The position numbers were made by a program, and so were the translations under genes. From contig OY970386.1 in assembly GCA_963719465.1 (NCBI GenBank), positions 981,789 through 1,045,788 on the forward strand: 64,000 nucleotides of DNA. Reading direction: 5' to 3'. Origin of the DNA: an uncultured Chloroflexia bacterium (lineage in GTDB: Bacteria; Chloroflexota; Dehalococcoidia; DSTF01; JALHUB01). Of the stretch, positions 20,606 to 29,844 are shown piece by piece. The first letter of the stretch is position 1. Each line of letters begins with the position of its first letter. Below the pieces are notes generated by a model that searched no databases, was not told the origin of the DNA, and worked only from the letters and a program-made list of their open reading frames with translations.

Positions 20606-20889
20606 CTATACGACCTGGTGCTTGATGCGCTCGAACTCGTCTGAGGTTATCTCGCCCCTGGCCAGGCGTTCCTTGGCGATGTCCAGCGCGCTCTTTTCAG
20701 ACTTGCGCGTCCCGGCCAGCCTCGTGAATGCCCAGACCGCGAGGGCGACGACGGCCACCCAGAATATGATAAACATCAGAAAGCCTACGAATCGCCATCC
20801 ATCTCCAAAACGACCGCCATGGCGAAAGACGATCGCCATCAAGGGCAGCACCGCCAACGCGAGGCTTGCCCTTGCGGAATCCAGTTTCA
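20606..20889 (-). CDS. SHOCT domain membrane protein
   Basis: TM helices followed by the C-terminal SHOCT motif LARGEITSDEFERIK. Start chosen at the ATG (MKLD...); the six-frame ORF extends to 20926. Confidence 0.6.
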
Positions 20890-21495
20890 TTGCCTGCCTG
20901 ACCTTTCTGCGCAACTCCCTAATCAATTATAGCACGACTAGATTCGGGTGAGATGCGAAGCGCCGGTTAAGAAAGGTCGGGACGTGAGGCAGGAGTGAAG
21001 CTACGGCAGGGACGTCCTCTGGGTGGTCAGGGGTTGTAACGACTTGCCCTTGCTGGGTTTCCAAGTGACCGGGCCGACGGAGGCGGAATGGCACGATCCT
21101 GGCCAGCCGCCCGGCGGGGTTCCCCTCGGACCCCGTACTCCAATCGCCCATCGCCGCTCTCCGCAGGCCCGGCCACCACTGGCGCCCGCGTCGCCCAGCC
21201 CAACTAGTGGCCCAGTCCCCCTCCGCGACGACGGGCTCCCAATCTTCCCTGAAAGGACGGCCTTAGAGATCTCCCCTCCGCGGCGTTCTCTTTTTCCGGC
21301 CTTCGACGACTTTTTTCGTCATTTCGTCGCCCCAACATCTTGACTTTGGAGGGCCGTCGATGAACAATTATTCTCGACAGCTAAGACCGGTTATTGCATT
21401 CCAGACAGGCGTACCCAGAACTTTATGACCAGTTACTTGTTACGTGTATTCTACTTCCCCTGTCGGCCTTGTCAAGCCCTTTGGAGGAAAAAAAT

Positions 21496-21810
21496 ATGGC
21501 TCATTGGGATTTTCTTACCAATCACGCCCTCGTCCTGATCCACGTCATCGACCACCCGCACTCGACGCAGCGAGACATTGCGCTGGCCGTCGGCATCACC
21601 GACAGGGCTGCCTTCTCGATCCTGCGGGCGCTGGAGGAGGACGGGATGATCTCGCGGGAGAAGGTGGGCCGGCGCAACCGCTACTCGGTGAACATCGAAG
21701 CGTTGCTGCGCCATCGCCGGCAGGGGCCGTACAGCATGGAAGAGTTGGCGGCGGGCCTCCTCCGCCTTTCCGAGGAGGCGGCAGAGACCGTATCGCCCTC
21801 CGCGTTGTAG
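21496..21810 (+). CDS. winged-helix transcriptional regulator (MarR/ArsR-like)
   Basis: 104 aa from the ATG after GGAGG. HTH segment STQRDIALAVGITDRAAFSILRALEEDGMI. Confidence 0.6.
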   Translation: MAHWDFLTNHALVLIHVIDHPHSTQRDIALAVGITDRAAFSILRALEEDGMISREKVGRRNRYSVNIEALLRHRRQGPYSMEELAAGLLRLSEEAAETVSPSAL

Positions 21811-21813
21811 TCC

Positions 21814-22224
21814 TTACTTCGCCGCCTTCTCCTTCGGGACGAACTCGAGCGACAGCGAGTTGATGCAGTAGCGCTTGCCAGTGTCGGTCGGGCCGTCGTC
21901 GAACATGTGGCCGAGGTGGCAGCCGCAGTTGGCGCACGTCACTTCGACGCGGTGCATCCCCATCGAGTAGTCGTCCGTGTATTCGATGCGGTCGTTGCCC
22001 TCGGCGCGGTCGAACGACGGCCAGCCGGTGCCGGAGTCGAACTTCGACTCGGACGTGAACAGCTCGGTGCCGCAGACGGCGCAGCGATAGCTGCCGGCCT
22101 CGTGGTTGTCCGTGTACTTGCCGGAAAACGGCGGCTCGGTGCCCTTCAAGAAGCAGACGTTGTACTGCTCTCGCGTCAGCTTCTGCTTCATCTCGTCGGT
22201 TACTTTCATCTTGCTTCCCTTCAT
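21814..22224 (-). CDS. msrB: peptide-methionine (R)-S-oxide reductase
   Basis: 136 aa. Two CxxC pairs and the catalytic RYCINS motif. Confidence 0.9.
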   Translation of the reverse strand: MKGSKMKVTDEMKQKLTREQYNVCFLKGTEPPFSGKYTDNHEAGSYRCAVCGTELFTSESKFDSGTGWPSFDRAEGNDRIEYTDDYSMGMHRVEVTCANCGCHLGHMFDDGPTDTGKRYCINSLSLEFVPKEKAAK

Positions 22225-22823
22225 CGGTACTCCTCCTTCACCTCGTCACGAAAGTCGCGCAGGAGCTTTCGGATCTTGGGTTCAATCACTATCGAGCAGT
22301 AGGACGCGTGCGGATTGGAGTCGTAGTAGTCGTGGTGATAGCCCTCGGCCGGGTAGAAGCGGTCGAACGCCTCGACGGTCGTGACGATCTTGTCGCGGTA
22401 CTTGCCCGACGCCTGCCATCGCTCACGGGAGGCTTCCGCCGCGCGGCGCTGCTCTTCGTTGTGGTAGAAGATCGCCGAGCGGTACTGGTGGCCGACATCC
22501 GCGCCCTGCCTGTCGAGCGTCGTCGGGTCGTGGGTCGACCAGAAGACGTCGAGGAGGCTGTCGTACGATACGACGCGCGGGTCGAACGTGACCTGCACCG
22601 CCTCGGCATGGCCGGTGCGACCGCCCGAGACCTGCTCGTAAGATGGGTTGTTCACCTGGCCGCCGGTGTAGCCGGATGTGACCGAATGGACGCCCCTGAC
22701 TCGCTTGAAGATCGCCTCGGTGCACCAGAAGCAGCCGCCGGCGAACGTCGCTGTTTGAAGTACGCCCGACTGCGCTTCGGGTTCGTCGGGCGCTTGTGCT
22801 GGCATTGCCATACCCCTCACCAT
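22221..22823 (-). CDS. msrA: peptide-methionine (S)-S-oxide reductase
   Basis: 200 aa. GCFWC catalytic motif. Overlaps the msrB start by 4 nt. Confidence 0.9.
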   Translation of the reverse strand: MVRGMAMPAQAPDEPEAQSGVLQTATFAGGCFWCTEAIFKRVRGVHSVTSGYTGGQVNNPSYEQVSGGRTGHAEAVQVTFDPRVVSYDSLLDVFWSTHDPTTLDRQGADVGHQYRSAIFYHNEEQRRAAEASRERWQASGKYRDKIVTTVEAFDRFYPAEGYHHDYYDSNPHASYCSIVIEPKIRKLLRDFRDEVKEEYR

Positions 22824-22951
22824 CCTCTCAACTCTATTGTAACAAAGTCGTCAAACGGCCCGCGTCAAGTTGACAGGTTCCCAGGTTCAACTATAATCGA
22901 GCCATCGGTCTTCGCCAGATTCGGTTCTCCCGTGCCTCAGGAGGAGGCAGT

Positions 22952-23935
22952 TTGATGCGCCATCGCCGCCCAGCGCTGTCCCGCTTGAATCGGCCTGAGG
23001 ATCGATTCGAAGCGAGGAAAGGAGCGGCGATCGCGCTCTTCGCGGCGTTCGCGGTCGGCCTGGCGCTGGCCGCGCTTTCCTGCAATCACGCGGCGGCAAA
23101 GCGCGAGGTTGCAGCCGCCGAGGCGACTCATACGGAAACGCCGACGCCGGACGCAACGGCCACGCCTATCGATCCCGCCAGCAGCAAGCCCCAGCGCATC
23201 ATGGTCATCGGCGATTCGCTGGGCATGGCGCTCGACCCGGGTCTGACGGACGTCGGCCGGCAGTGGAACTTCTCGATTCTCAACCGCGGCGGGCTTTTCT
23301 GCGGTTTCCTGCCGGCGGACATGATGATCGACATGACGGGCCAACTGTCGATCGACCATGAGCAGCAGTGCCAGCAGTGGCGAAACAGTTGGGCCTGGGA
23401 TGCGCTGCACTACCAGCCGGACATGGTGCTGATGATATTCGGCGGCTGGGACTACCCGGACCACATCGTCAACGGGGTGACGCTGCGGACCGGGACGCCG
23501 GAATGGAAGAATTACGTCGTCGACCACATTCAGGACGTACTCGACAAGGTGGTCCCGCCGAACGCCAAGCTAATCATACTGACCTGGCCCTACCCCCGTC
23601 CTAACCTCTGGTTGATGCTTTCGGACGGCGGCGCCCGGGCTGAAGCCGACGCCCGCTGGCGCGACGACCAGTTGAACGCCCTGTACCGCCAGTTCGCGGA
23701 GGCGAATCCGACGCGCGTGTCACTGATCGACCTGGCGAGCTTCATCTGTCCAAACGGGAAGTTCGAAGACCTCTACATGAACGGCGTGAGAATGCGCTAC
23801 GATGGCGTCCACTTCACTCCTGAAGCCTCCTACATCGTCGCGAACTGGCTGGCGCCTCAGATAGCGGCCGCCGCTGACGGAGTGCTTTTCCCGAAGCCGT
23901 CGGGCCCCCAGCCGACAGTCTCGGACACTCCCTGA
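22952..23935 (+). CDS. SGNH/GDSL family hydrolase, secreted
   Basis: 327 aa. Block I IMVIGDSLG, block III FGGWD and block V DGVHFT. N-terminal TM or signal peptide. Confidence 0.65.
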   Translation: MMRHRRPALSRLNRPEDRFEARKGAAIALFAAFAVGLALAALSCNHAAAKREVAAAEATHTETPTPDATATPIDPASSKPQRIMVIGDSLGMALDPGLTDVGRQWNFSILNRGGLFCGFLPADMMIDMTGQLSIDHEQQCQQWRNSWAWDALHYQPDMVLMIFGGWDYPDHIVNGVTLRTGTPEWKNYVVDHIQDVLDKVVPPNAKLIILTWPYPRPNLWLMLSDGGARAEADARWRDDQLNALYRQFAEANPTRVSLIDLASFICPNGKFEDLYMNGVRMRYDGVHFTPEASYIVANWLAPQIAAAADGVLFPKPSGPQPTVSDTP

Positions 23936-24034
23936 CGCCTGCCGCTCACGTCAATCCCGCGCATTCGACGAGGCTCCCATCGACTCGAAGTAGACACGCT
24001 GGCGACCTCTTGACAGGCGGTGTATAATGCGGGT

Positions 24035-24206
24035 CTCTGAGGGTGTCTGGCTGGGAGCCCCCTCTTTGCAGGGCGGCCAGCGGGCAGGTCAAGGCGCCCG
24101 GCGACACGGCAGACAGGATGTCGGCGTGCCGCTTACTACGGAGTGATTCTCGGGCGCAAGCCTCTCGCGAAGGCCGACCGGTAACTTCCCGGCCGGTCTT
24201 TGTTTG
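24035..24206 (+). ncRNA. candidate small RNA (~170 nt) between a strong TGTATAAT -10 element and an intrinsic terminator; identity unresolved
   Basis: TGTATAAT at 24021..24028. GC-rich structured region. Terminator hairpin GACCGG...CCGGTC (24176..24198) followed by TTTGTTTG. No ORF inside. Confidence 0.3.
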
Positions 24207-24524
24207 TCGAGGCTAACCCTTCGCTAGAGCGATATAAAGGCCCCGATGGTGGTGGCCAGCGGGGCCGAGCTAAGGAATGCGGGCGCAGACCCTAGCACTT
24301 TGTATTCTAGAGGCTCACCTGCCCAGGTTTCAAGCGCAAGATTCTTCCTGATCGGAAGGAGGTGGCGATGACAGGGCAGAACGGGGTGTGACGTGGCGAC
24401 GCGTCCGCGGGGGCGCGGAACGATATCGACGGCGGCGATTATTGGCCCGACAGACTCTTCCAAACGTTCGATGGACGTACCTGCGTTGGGAAGACAATGT
24501 CGGGCGGAAAGCAAGAGGTCAAGG

Positions 24525-25940
24525 ATGAAACGGCGAACCCTAATTCTAATCGGCGGGGCAACTCTGGCGGCGGCAGTCTGTGTCCTCGCGCTTGCCCCCT
24601 TGGGCTCTGCGCGTGACACCGCGCACGCAGGCGGCCCGCCGGCATCGTTCTGGGAGAACGGCATGCCCGACCTCGGCCAGCACTCGGACGCCTGGTGCTG
24701 GGCGGGCTCAGCGGCCAACGTCTTCTGGTGGCTCGCGGCCAACCAGGGGCAAACGGGGCTGATGGGAGGCGTGCCTAACCCGTCATACCCGTGGCAGGCC
24801 ATCGACGCCAACAGCACGAACCCGGCAAGCGTCTGCGGTGTAGGCCACAGCTGGTATGATGCGCGAGACGCCGGCGACCTCCCTCCCCCCGTCACCGGGT
24901 ACCCGACGGTCCTGGAGAAGATTGCCGCAAAGACGTTTCACGACAACAACCAGAACGGCGTCAAGGATGCTCTGCCCGCTCCAGGTGAGCAGAACTACTG
25001 CTATGGCGAGGGAGTTGAGGAGTGGGACTACCTTATCGGCCTCAGGGACTATGTGAGCAGCTACGGCAATAACCTCAAGGTCCACGACATTATCAATCCG
25101 ACCCGCTGCGCCGTCGGCTCTGGGTGGATCGTCAACAGGTCGGTCCCCACCATGAACACGCTCGACCCCTGTGGCCCGGGAGCGGTGGCACCCGGCGGAG
25201 TGCCGGGCGTGGACCAGGTGGGGCCAAGGCCTACCTTCTCGGACTATGAGACCCAACTGAGCAACAACGGCAACCAGGTTGTGCTGCTCTGGATGGAGCC
25301 CGCGCCCGGCTACTACTTCGTCGAGACCGCGCACGTCGTCGCCGGCGTGGCCTACGACGCCACCCCGGGGGCGGGGGCTTCTGGGCTCGGAACCGTCACC
25401 ATCTCCGATCCCTGGACCCACACCACGAATGCCGCCGCGCCACTACCCAACCCGGTGCCCAGCAACGTTCACAGCGACGCCGCCAATGCGGGACCCTGGC
25501 AGAGCAAGCCCGACCATAACAACTCATCTGCCTTCAATGGAACTGACCCGTACAACCTCTGCGACGTCATAAGCACCGGCCCCCTCCCAAAGGGGTTCCA
25601 GATCCAGTGCTACAACGAAGACACGGGCGCGGCCCAGCAGTGGCAGGTATATGACATGATCTACGTGGCGCCGCTGCCGACGGATACGCCGACGCCCACC
25701 AACACGCCGACGAACACGCCAACCGCCACCGCTACGCCCACGAGAACGCCGAGCTCAACGCCTACGATTACACCGACGCCGCGTCCGGCCAGCTGGGTGG
25801 GTGGCGTCGCCGAGGCGCCTGACGTGCCATCAGGTAGTTCGGGTTCATCCGCGCCATACGCCCTCATTGGTGGCGCGATCGCCGGCGCGGCGCTCCTCGT
25901 CGGAGCGGGCTTGTATGCAAGGAGGCGCTGGCTGGCCTAA
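24525..25940 (+). CDS. secreted papain-like (C1-like) cysteine peptidase with PT-rich linker and C-terminal TM anchor
   Basis: Signal peptide MKRRTLILIGGATLAAAV. Q-x5-C with CW (QHSDAWCWAGS) resembles the papain oxyanion Gln and catalytic Cys. Candidate catalytic His at AHVVAGVAYD. (PT)n linker. C-terminal hydrophobic helix followed by RRRWLA. Confidence 0.55.
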   Translation: MKRRTLILIGGATLAAAVCVLALAPLGSARDTAHAGGPPASFWENGMPDLGQHSDAWCWAGSAANVFWWLAANQGQTGLMGGVPNPSYPWQAIDANSTNPASVCGVGHSWYDARDAGDLPPPVTGYPTVLEKIAAKTFHDNNQNGVKDALPAPGEQNYCYGEGVEEWDYLIGLRDYVSSYGNNLKVHDIINPTRCAVGSGWIVNRSVPTMNTLDPCGPGAVAPGGVPGVDQVGPRPTFSDYETQLSNNGNQVVLLWMEPAPGYYFVETAHVVAGVAYDATPGAGASGLGTVTISDPWTHTTNAAAPLPNPVPSNVHSDAANAGPWQSKPDHNNSSAFNGTDPYNLCDVISTGPLPKGFQIQCYNEDTGAAQQWQVYDMIYVAPLPTDTPTPTNTPTNTPTATATPTRTPSSTPTITPTPRPASWVGGVAEAPDVPSGSSGSSAPYALIGGAIAGAALLVGAGLYARRRWLA

Positions 25941-25987
25941 GAAGGGCGGCGGAGCAAGATCCGAAGATTCGCGGGCGGCTTCGTGCG

Positions 25988-26452
25988 TCAGCGGAGGCGC
26001 CCGATGTTGGCGCTGCCGAACTTGTGCAGCAGCCGCCGCAATGTGGCGCGCTCCTCATCCGTCAGGGCGCCGAACATCTCGTCGCTCACCGCCATCGCCT
26101 GCGAGCGGACTTCGTCGTGGATGCGGTGGCCCTTCGGTGTAAGCTGAATCAGCACCAAGCGTCGGTCGTTCGGGTCCTTGAGGCGCCTCACGAGGCCGTT
26201 CGCGCACATCCTGTCGACGAGGCTGGTGATGCTAGGGCTCTCCTGGAGGAGCAGCCTGGCGATCCTCGTTACCGGCAGAGGACTTGATGACTCTGCCAGA
26301 ACGGCGATTACGCCCGCCTGCGGCACCGTCAAATTCCAGGCCGAAAGCGCCCGCTCCGTGTCCTTTCGCAGGATGGCGAAGGCGACATAGAGACCCGCCC
26401 ACTCTTCTCGATCCGGAGGTGCGTTGTGCGTGGTCATCGTTAGCCCACTACT
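25988..26452 (-). CDS. MarR family transcriptional regulator
   Basis: Paralogue of the MarR at 858 (LTVPQAGVIAVL...DPNDRRLVLIQLTPKG). Start trimmed to MSSG; the six-frame ORF runs to 26530. Divergent from the glycosylase gene. Confidence 0.8.
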   Translation of the reverse strand, partial: SSGLTMTTHNAPPDREEWAGLYVAFAILRKDTERALSAWNLTVPQAGVIAVLAESSSPLPVTRIARLLLQESPSITSLVDRMCANGLVRRLKDPNDRRLVLIQLTPKGHRIHDEVRSQAMAVSDEMFGALTDEERATLRRLLHKFGSANIGRLR

Positions 26453-26505
26453 CATGGTGAAGACTATACTCCACTTTGCCAGTAGATGCGATATCAGTGA
26501 AAAGC

Positions 26506-27123
26506 ATGAATTTCGTAGGGCCATACCCAAAGAAACTGCAACGCTCCTTCTACGAACGAGGCGCTCGCACGGTCGCCAGGCAGCTCCTCGGCAAGCGCCT
26601 TGTCTACCAGCGCGAAGGGAGGCGCCTCGCCGGCAGAATCGTCGAGACGGAGGCGTACCTGGGCGTGCGGGACATGGCGTCTCACGCCTTCCGCGGCCGG
26701 ACGAAGCGCACGGAGGTGATGTTCGGCGCGGGGGGCCACCTCTACATGTACTTCATCTACGGCTTGTTCTGGATGATGAACGTGGTGACCGAGACGGAGG
26801 GCAGCGCCGGCGCGGTCCTGCTGCGGGCGCTGGAGCCGCTGGAAGGCGTAGACGAGATGAAAGCGAACCGCGGCGGCAAGGACGGCCGGCTGGTCGCCTC
26901 CGGGCCGGCGCGGCTGACACGCGCGCTGGGCGCCGACGGCAGCCTGAACGGCGTCGACCTCTGCGGCGACCTCGTTTGGATAGAGGATTGGGGCGAGAGG
27001 GTGAAGCCGTCGGAGATCGCGGCGACGCGAAGAGTGGGCGTCGCTTACGCCGGCGGCTGGAAGGAGCGAAAGCTGCGGTTCTACCTTTCGAGCAACGAAT
27101 TCGTGTCGAGACCGCGCCTGTAG
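26506..27123 (+). CDS. DNA-3-methyladenine glycosylase (MPG/AAG family)
   Basis: Family motifs RIVETEAYLG, GHLYMYFIYG and NVV. About 205 aa. Confidence 0.85.
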   Translation: MNFVGPYPKKLQRSFYERGARTVARQLLGKRLVYQREGRRLAGRIVETEAYLGVRDMASHAFRGRTKRTEVMFGAGGHLYMYFIYGLFWMMNVVTETEGSAGAVLLRALEPLEGVDEMKANRGGKDGRLVASGPARLTRALGADGSLNGVDLCGDLVWIEDWGERVKPSEIAATRRVGVAYAGGWKERKLRFYLSSNEFVSRPRL

Positions 27124-27136
27124 CCCGCCGGACCGC

Positions 27137-28388
27137 CTATTCAAGCCAGATGACGCCGATCGCGCTTGCCTCGGCGGCCCAGCCCTTGACGGTGTTTGTC
27201 TGAACCAGCCACCAGCGGAAGCCGCCGGCATCGACGGGGCCGTCCTTGATTGTCACCCTCGTTCCGTCTGTCAAGCAGCCGACGATGTTGGCGTAGTCGG
27301 ACGGCGCGTCTCTGACGTTGAGGCAGGACTCGGTGTTCGCGACTTTCGCCCGCGAGCCGTTGTGGAACTTCGGCGCGACTGTCGGTGATGGCGTGGGCGT
27401 TGGCCTCGCCACCTGTGAACCGGGCGGATTTGCCTTCAGCAGCGGCCGAGACGTCGGTGTTCGTAACGCCGAACCGCCAGGCGGAAACGCAGCCCATTCC
27501 AATCGCATAGGCGTGAGTCAGGAAGTTCACCCAGGCGTCGAGCGTTGAGTCGCCCTGGCCGACCGGCTGGATGGGAAGGCCGTAGCCGCCGAACATGCTG
27601 GCGGAGACATCGAGGAGGAATTCGGGGCAGATGCCGGGCGACCCCGGATCGTAGCCGGCGCCCTTGAAGTCGTCGACATTGTCCGAAGTGTTGAACGTCT
27701 CCCAGTAGATCATCGGCGCGATGATCTGCGCGATAGAAACGAACTGGGCCATCGGGATGCGGGGCATAACCCAGGGCCGCGGCTCGACGCAGAGGCTGAC
27801 CACGGCATTCGGCTGCTGGCGACGGAACTCGCTGGCGAAGGTTGCGGCGGTTTGCGGCGTTCCGGCCCAGTAGCCGGCCCAGGGCTCGAGGTCGATCACT
27901 ATGCTTCGGGCGCCGGCGCCGATGACCTGCGCGCACATCTTCGCCTCGGTCGTGGGGTCGACGCCGTTGAGCACGCAGTAGGCGTGGAAGGGAACGTTGT
28001 TGTTCTCGAAGTAGTTGGCCAGCTTCTGCACCTGCGCCGGGCCGGTGACGGCCTGCGAGGACTTATCCCAGTCCCCCATCCACTCCGTGCCGTTGTGCGT
28101 CTTGAGGATGATCCCGAGGTTGTTTTGCGACAAGACGGAGGCGAGCTTCTGGGGCGTGCCGTCGGTGCTGAACTGCCAGACCCAGGCCAAGTGAGTGGCA
28201 GGAATGACCTTCTTGTCGCTCACGGGTTCGACCGGTGGAAGGCAACTGACGGTTACCGCGGCGGCGCCGGCCATCGCGGAGAGAGCGAGCAGCCGGCGTC
28301 GGGTGATGTGGTACTCGAGCAGAGAGAGGCCGTTGGTCTTGCCTGAAGGTTCGAAGTCTCCCATACCACCTCTATCCCTTTCCTTCAA
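27137..28388 (-). pseudogene. Tat-secreted GH25-like TIM-barrel (putative muramidase) fused to a PT linker and SH3b domain; frameshifted near 27390-27410
   Basis: Twin-arginine signal (TRRRLLALSAMAGAAA). The domain with ILKTHNG / FHAYCV / IDLEPW blocks loosely resembles GH25. The SH3b-like C-terminus (CLNVRDAPSDYANIVGCL...GFRWWLVQ) lies in a different frame (ORF 27137..27508). Confidence 0.5.
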
Positions 28389-28719
28389 GCCGGGTGGAGC
28401 TATAGACTAGCCGTCGCTTATCGGCTTTGTCAAGAGAAAACAGAAACGCAGACGCCTCTTTCAGCGCATTTTTACAACGTCTTAGCAAAGGAAAGGTTAA
28501 CCGCTCAAAGGCGCGGCTCTGAGCGATAAACGCGAAGAGAGCCACCGGCAGCCGATGGCTCTCTCGGCTGCCTTAGGCATCGCGGCTCCCTTTGGCAGAT
28601 GCCTACATCCGAAGCCTCTAGCAAGCGGTCGCGACGGCGGAGTGAAGGCGGTCTGAGATTCCCGCCGCTTGCGTGATAGAATAATGAAGATTCGCTGGCC
28701 GAATTGAAACGAGGGCAGA

Positions 28720-29253
28720 ATGGAAGCGCAGAGGGGCAACATATCCGATGAAAGCGCGCGGCAGGTCATAGGCTATCTCAAGCACCAGGCGTCGAAAAAG
28801 GCCGCTGACCTGCTGCCGCTCGTGGACCGGGCGCAGGGGGTCATCGAGCGCTCGCTGGCGGGCGTAAGCGAGGCGCAGGCGCGCTTCTGTCCTGAACCCG
28901 GCGAGTGGTGCATTGCCGAGGTGCTGCAGCACATCGAGAGGTCGACGCGTGGCACGGCGCGGGCCATCGCGGCGCTGGCGGCCGGCGAAAGGGCAACGCC
29001 GAGCGGCATCGAGCCCGAGGTAACGGAGGCATCAGAGACGCTGGCCGAGCTACGCAGGCGCGTCGGCGCGTCGTTCGACGAGCTGCGAGCCGCGATGGCG
29101 GCGATGCCCGACGGCGAGTCGGGAGCGACGGCGCAGCATCCGTTCTTCGGGGAGCTGACGTGCAAGGAGTGGGCGGCGTTCGGATACGTGCACGCCCGCG
29201 ACCACGCGGCGCAGATAGAAAAGAACAAGCAGGCGCCCGCATATCCGCGGTAA
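28720..29253 (+). CDS. DinB/YfiT-like (DinB_2) family protein
   Basis: 177 aa. C-terminal HPFFGELTCKEWAAFGYVHARDH motif typical of the DinB_2 four-helix-bundle metalloproteins. Confidence 0.8.
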   Translation: MEAQRGNISDESARQVIGYLKHQASKKAADLLPLVDRAQGVIERSLAGVSEAQARFCPEPGEWCIAEVLQHIERSTRGTARAIAALAAGERATPSGIEPEVTEASETLAELRRRVGASFDELRAAMAAMPDGESGATAQHPFFGELTCKEWAAFGYVHARDHAAQIEKNKQAPAYPR

Positions 29254-29267
29254 GCCGGAGGGAACCG

Positions 29268-29843
29268 GTGGTCCTTAGCGACAGGTCTATTCGCGGGGAG
29301 CTGGCAAGCGGCCGGCTGCGCATCGAGCCGCTGAGCGATAACGCCATCCAGCCGTCCAGCGTCGACCTCCGCCTCGACCGCCTGTTTCGCGTCTTCAAGA
29401 AGGGCGCCCGCTCCCAGATCAACGTCCGGGAGCCGTGCGACGACTGCACCGAGCTAATCGAGGTCGCCGAAGGGAAGCCGTTCGTGATCGCGCCGGGCCA
29501 GCTCGTCCTGGCGGACACGCTGGAGACGATCACGCTGCCGGACGACCTGGTCGCGCGGCTGGACGGCCGCAGCTCGCTTGGCCGCCTCGGCCTGCTGGTG
29601 CACGCAACCGCCGGATACGTCGACCCCGGCTTCAGCGGGAAGCTGACGCTGGAGCTATCGAACGCGTCGCCGCTGCCAATCGCCCTCTACGCCGGCATGA
29701 AGGTCTGCCAGATATCGTTCCTGCGAATGTCGACGCCGGTGGAGCGGCCGTACGGGTCGCCGGGCCTGGGCAGCAAGTACCAGGGCCAGCAGCAGCCGAC
29801 GCCGAGTCGCATCTACGAAGACTTCAAAGACCGATCCGAGTAG
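29268..29843 (+). CDS. dcd: dCTP deaminase
   Basis: 191 aa. GTG start after GGAGGG. Family motifs DLRLD..., PGQLVLA, VDPGFSGKLTLEL. Confidence 0.9.
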   Translation: MVLSDRSIRGELASGRLRIEPLSDNAIQPSSVDLRLDRLFRVFKKGARSQINVREPCDDCTELIEVAEGKPFVIAPGQLVLADTLETITLPDDLVARLDGRSSLGRLGLLVHATAGYVDPGFSGKLTLELSNASPLPIALYAGMKVCQISFLRMSTPVERPYGSPGLGSKYQGQQQPTPSRIYEDFKDRSE

Positions 29844-29844
29844 A

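Noticed and set aside
20927-21151. 74-aa ORF immediately upstream of and in frame with the SHOCT gene
   Set aside because: It is the same frame separated only by a TAA, its sequence is low-complexity, and it is likely just the untranslated leader. SHOCT is annotated from its ATG.
24035-24206. Identification of the candidate sRNA as SRP (4.5S) RNA or 6S RNA
   Set aside because: There is partial resemblance (CAGGUCAAGG, GGCAGA) to the SRP domain IV consensus, but a position-wise comparison fails. No GNRA-capped helix 8 or 6S-like central bubble could be built, so identity is left open.
24224-24895. 223-aa ORF antisense to the papain-like peptidase gene
   Set aside because: It fully overlaps a well-supported coding gene on the other strand, its translation is Arg/Pro/Ala-rich and low-complexity, and such antisense ORFs are expected at ~65% GC.
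28389-28719. FMN riboswitch upstream of the dinB-dcd-rib genes
   Set aside because: The conserved RFN core sequences are absent. Only generic hairpins are present.
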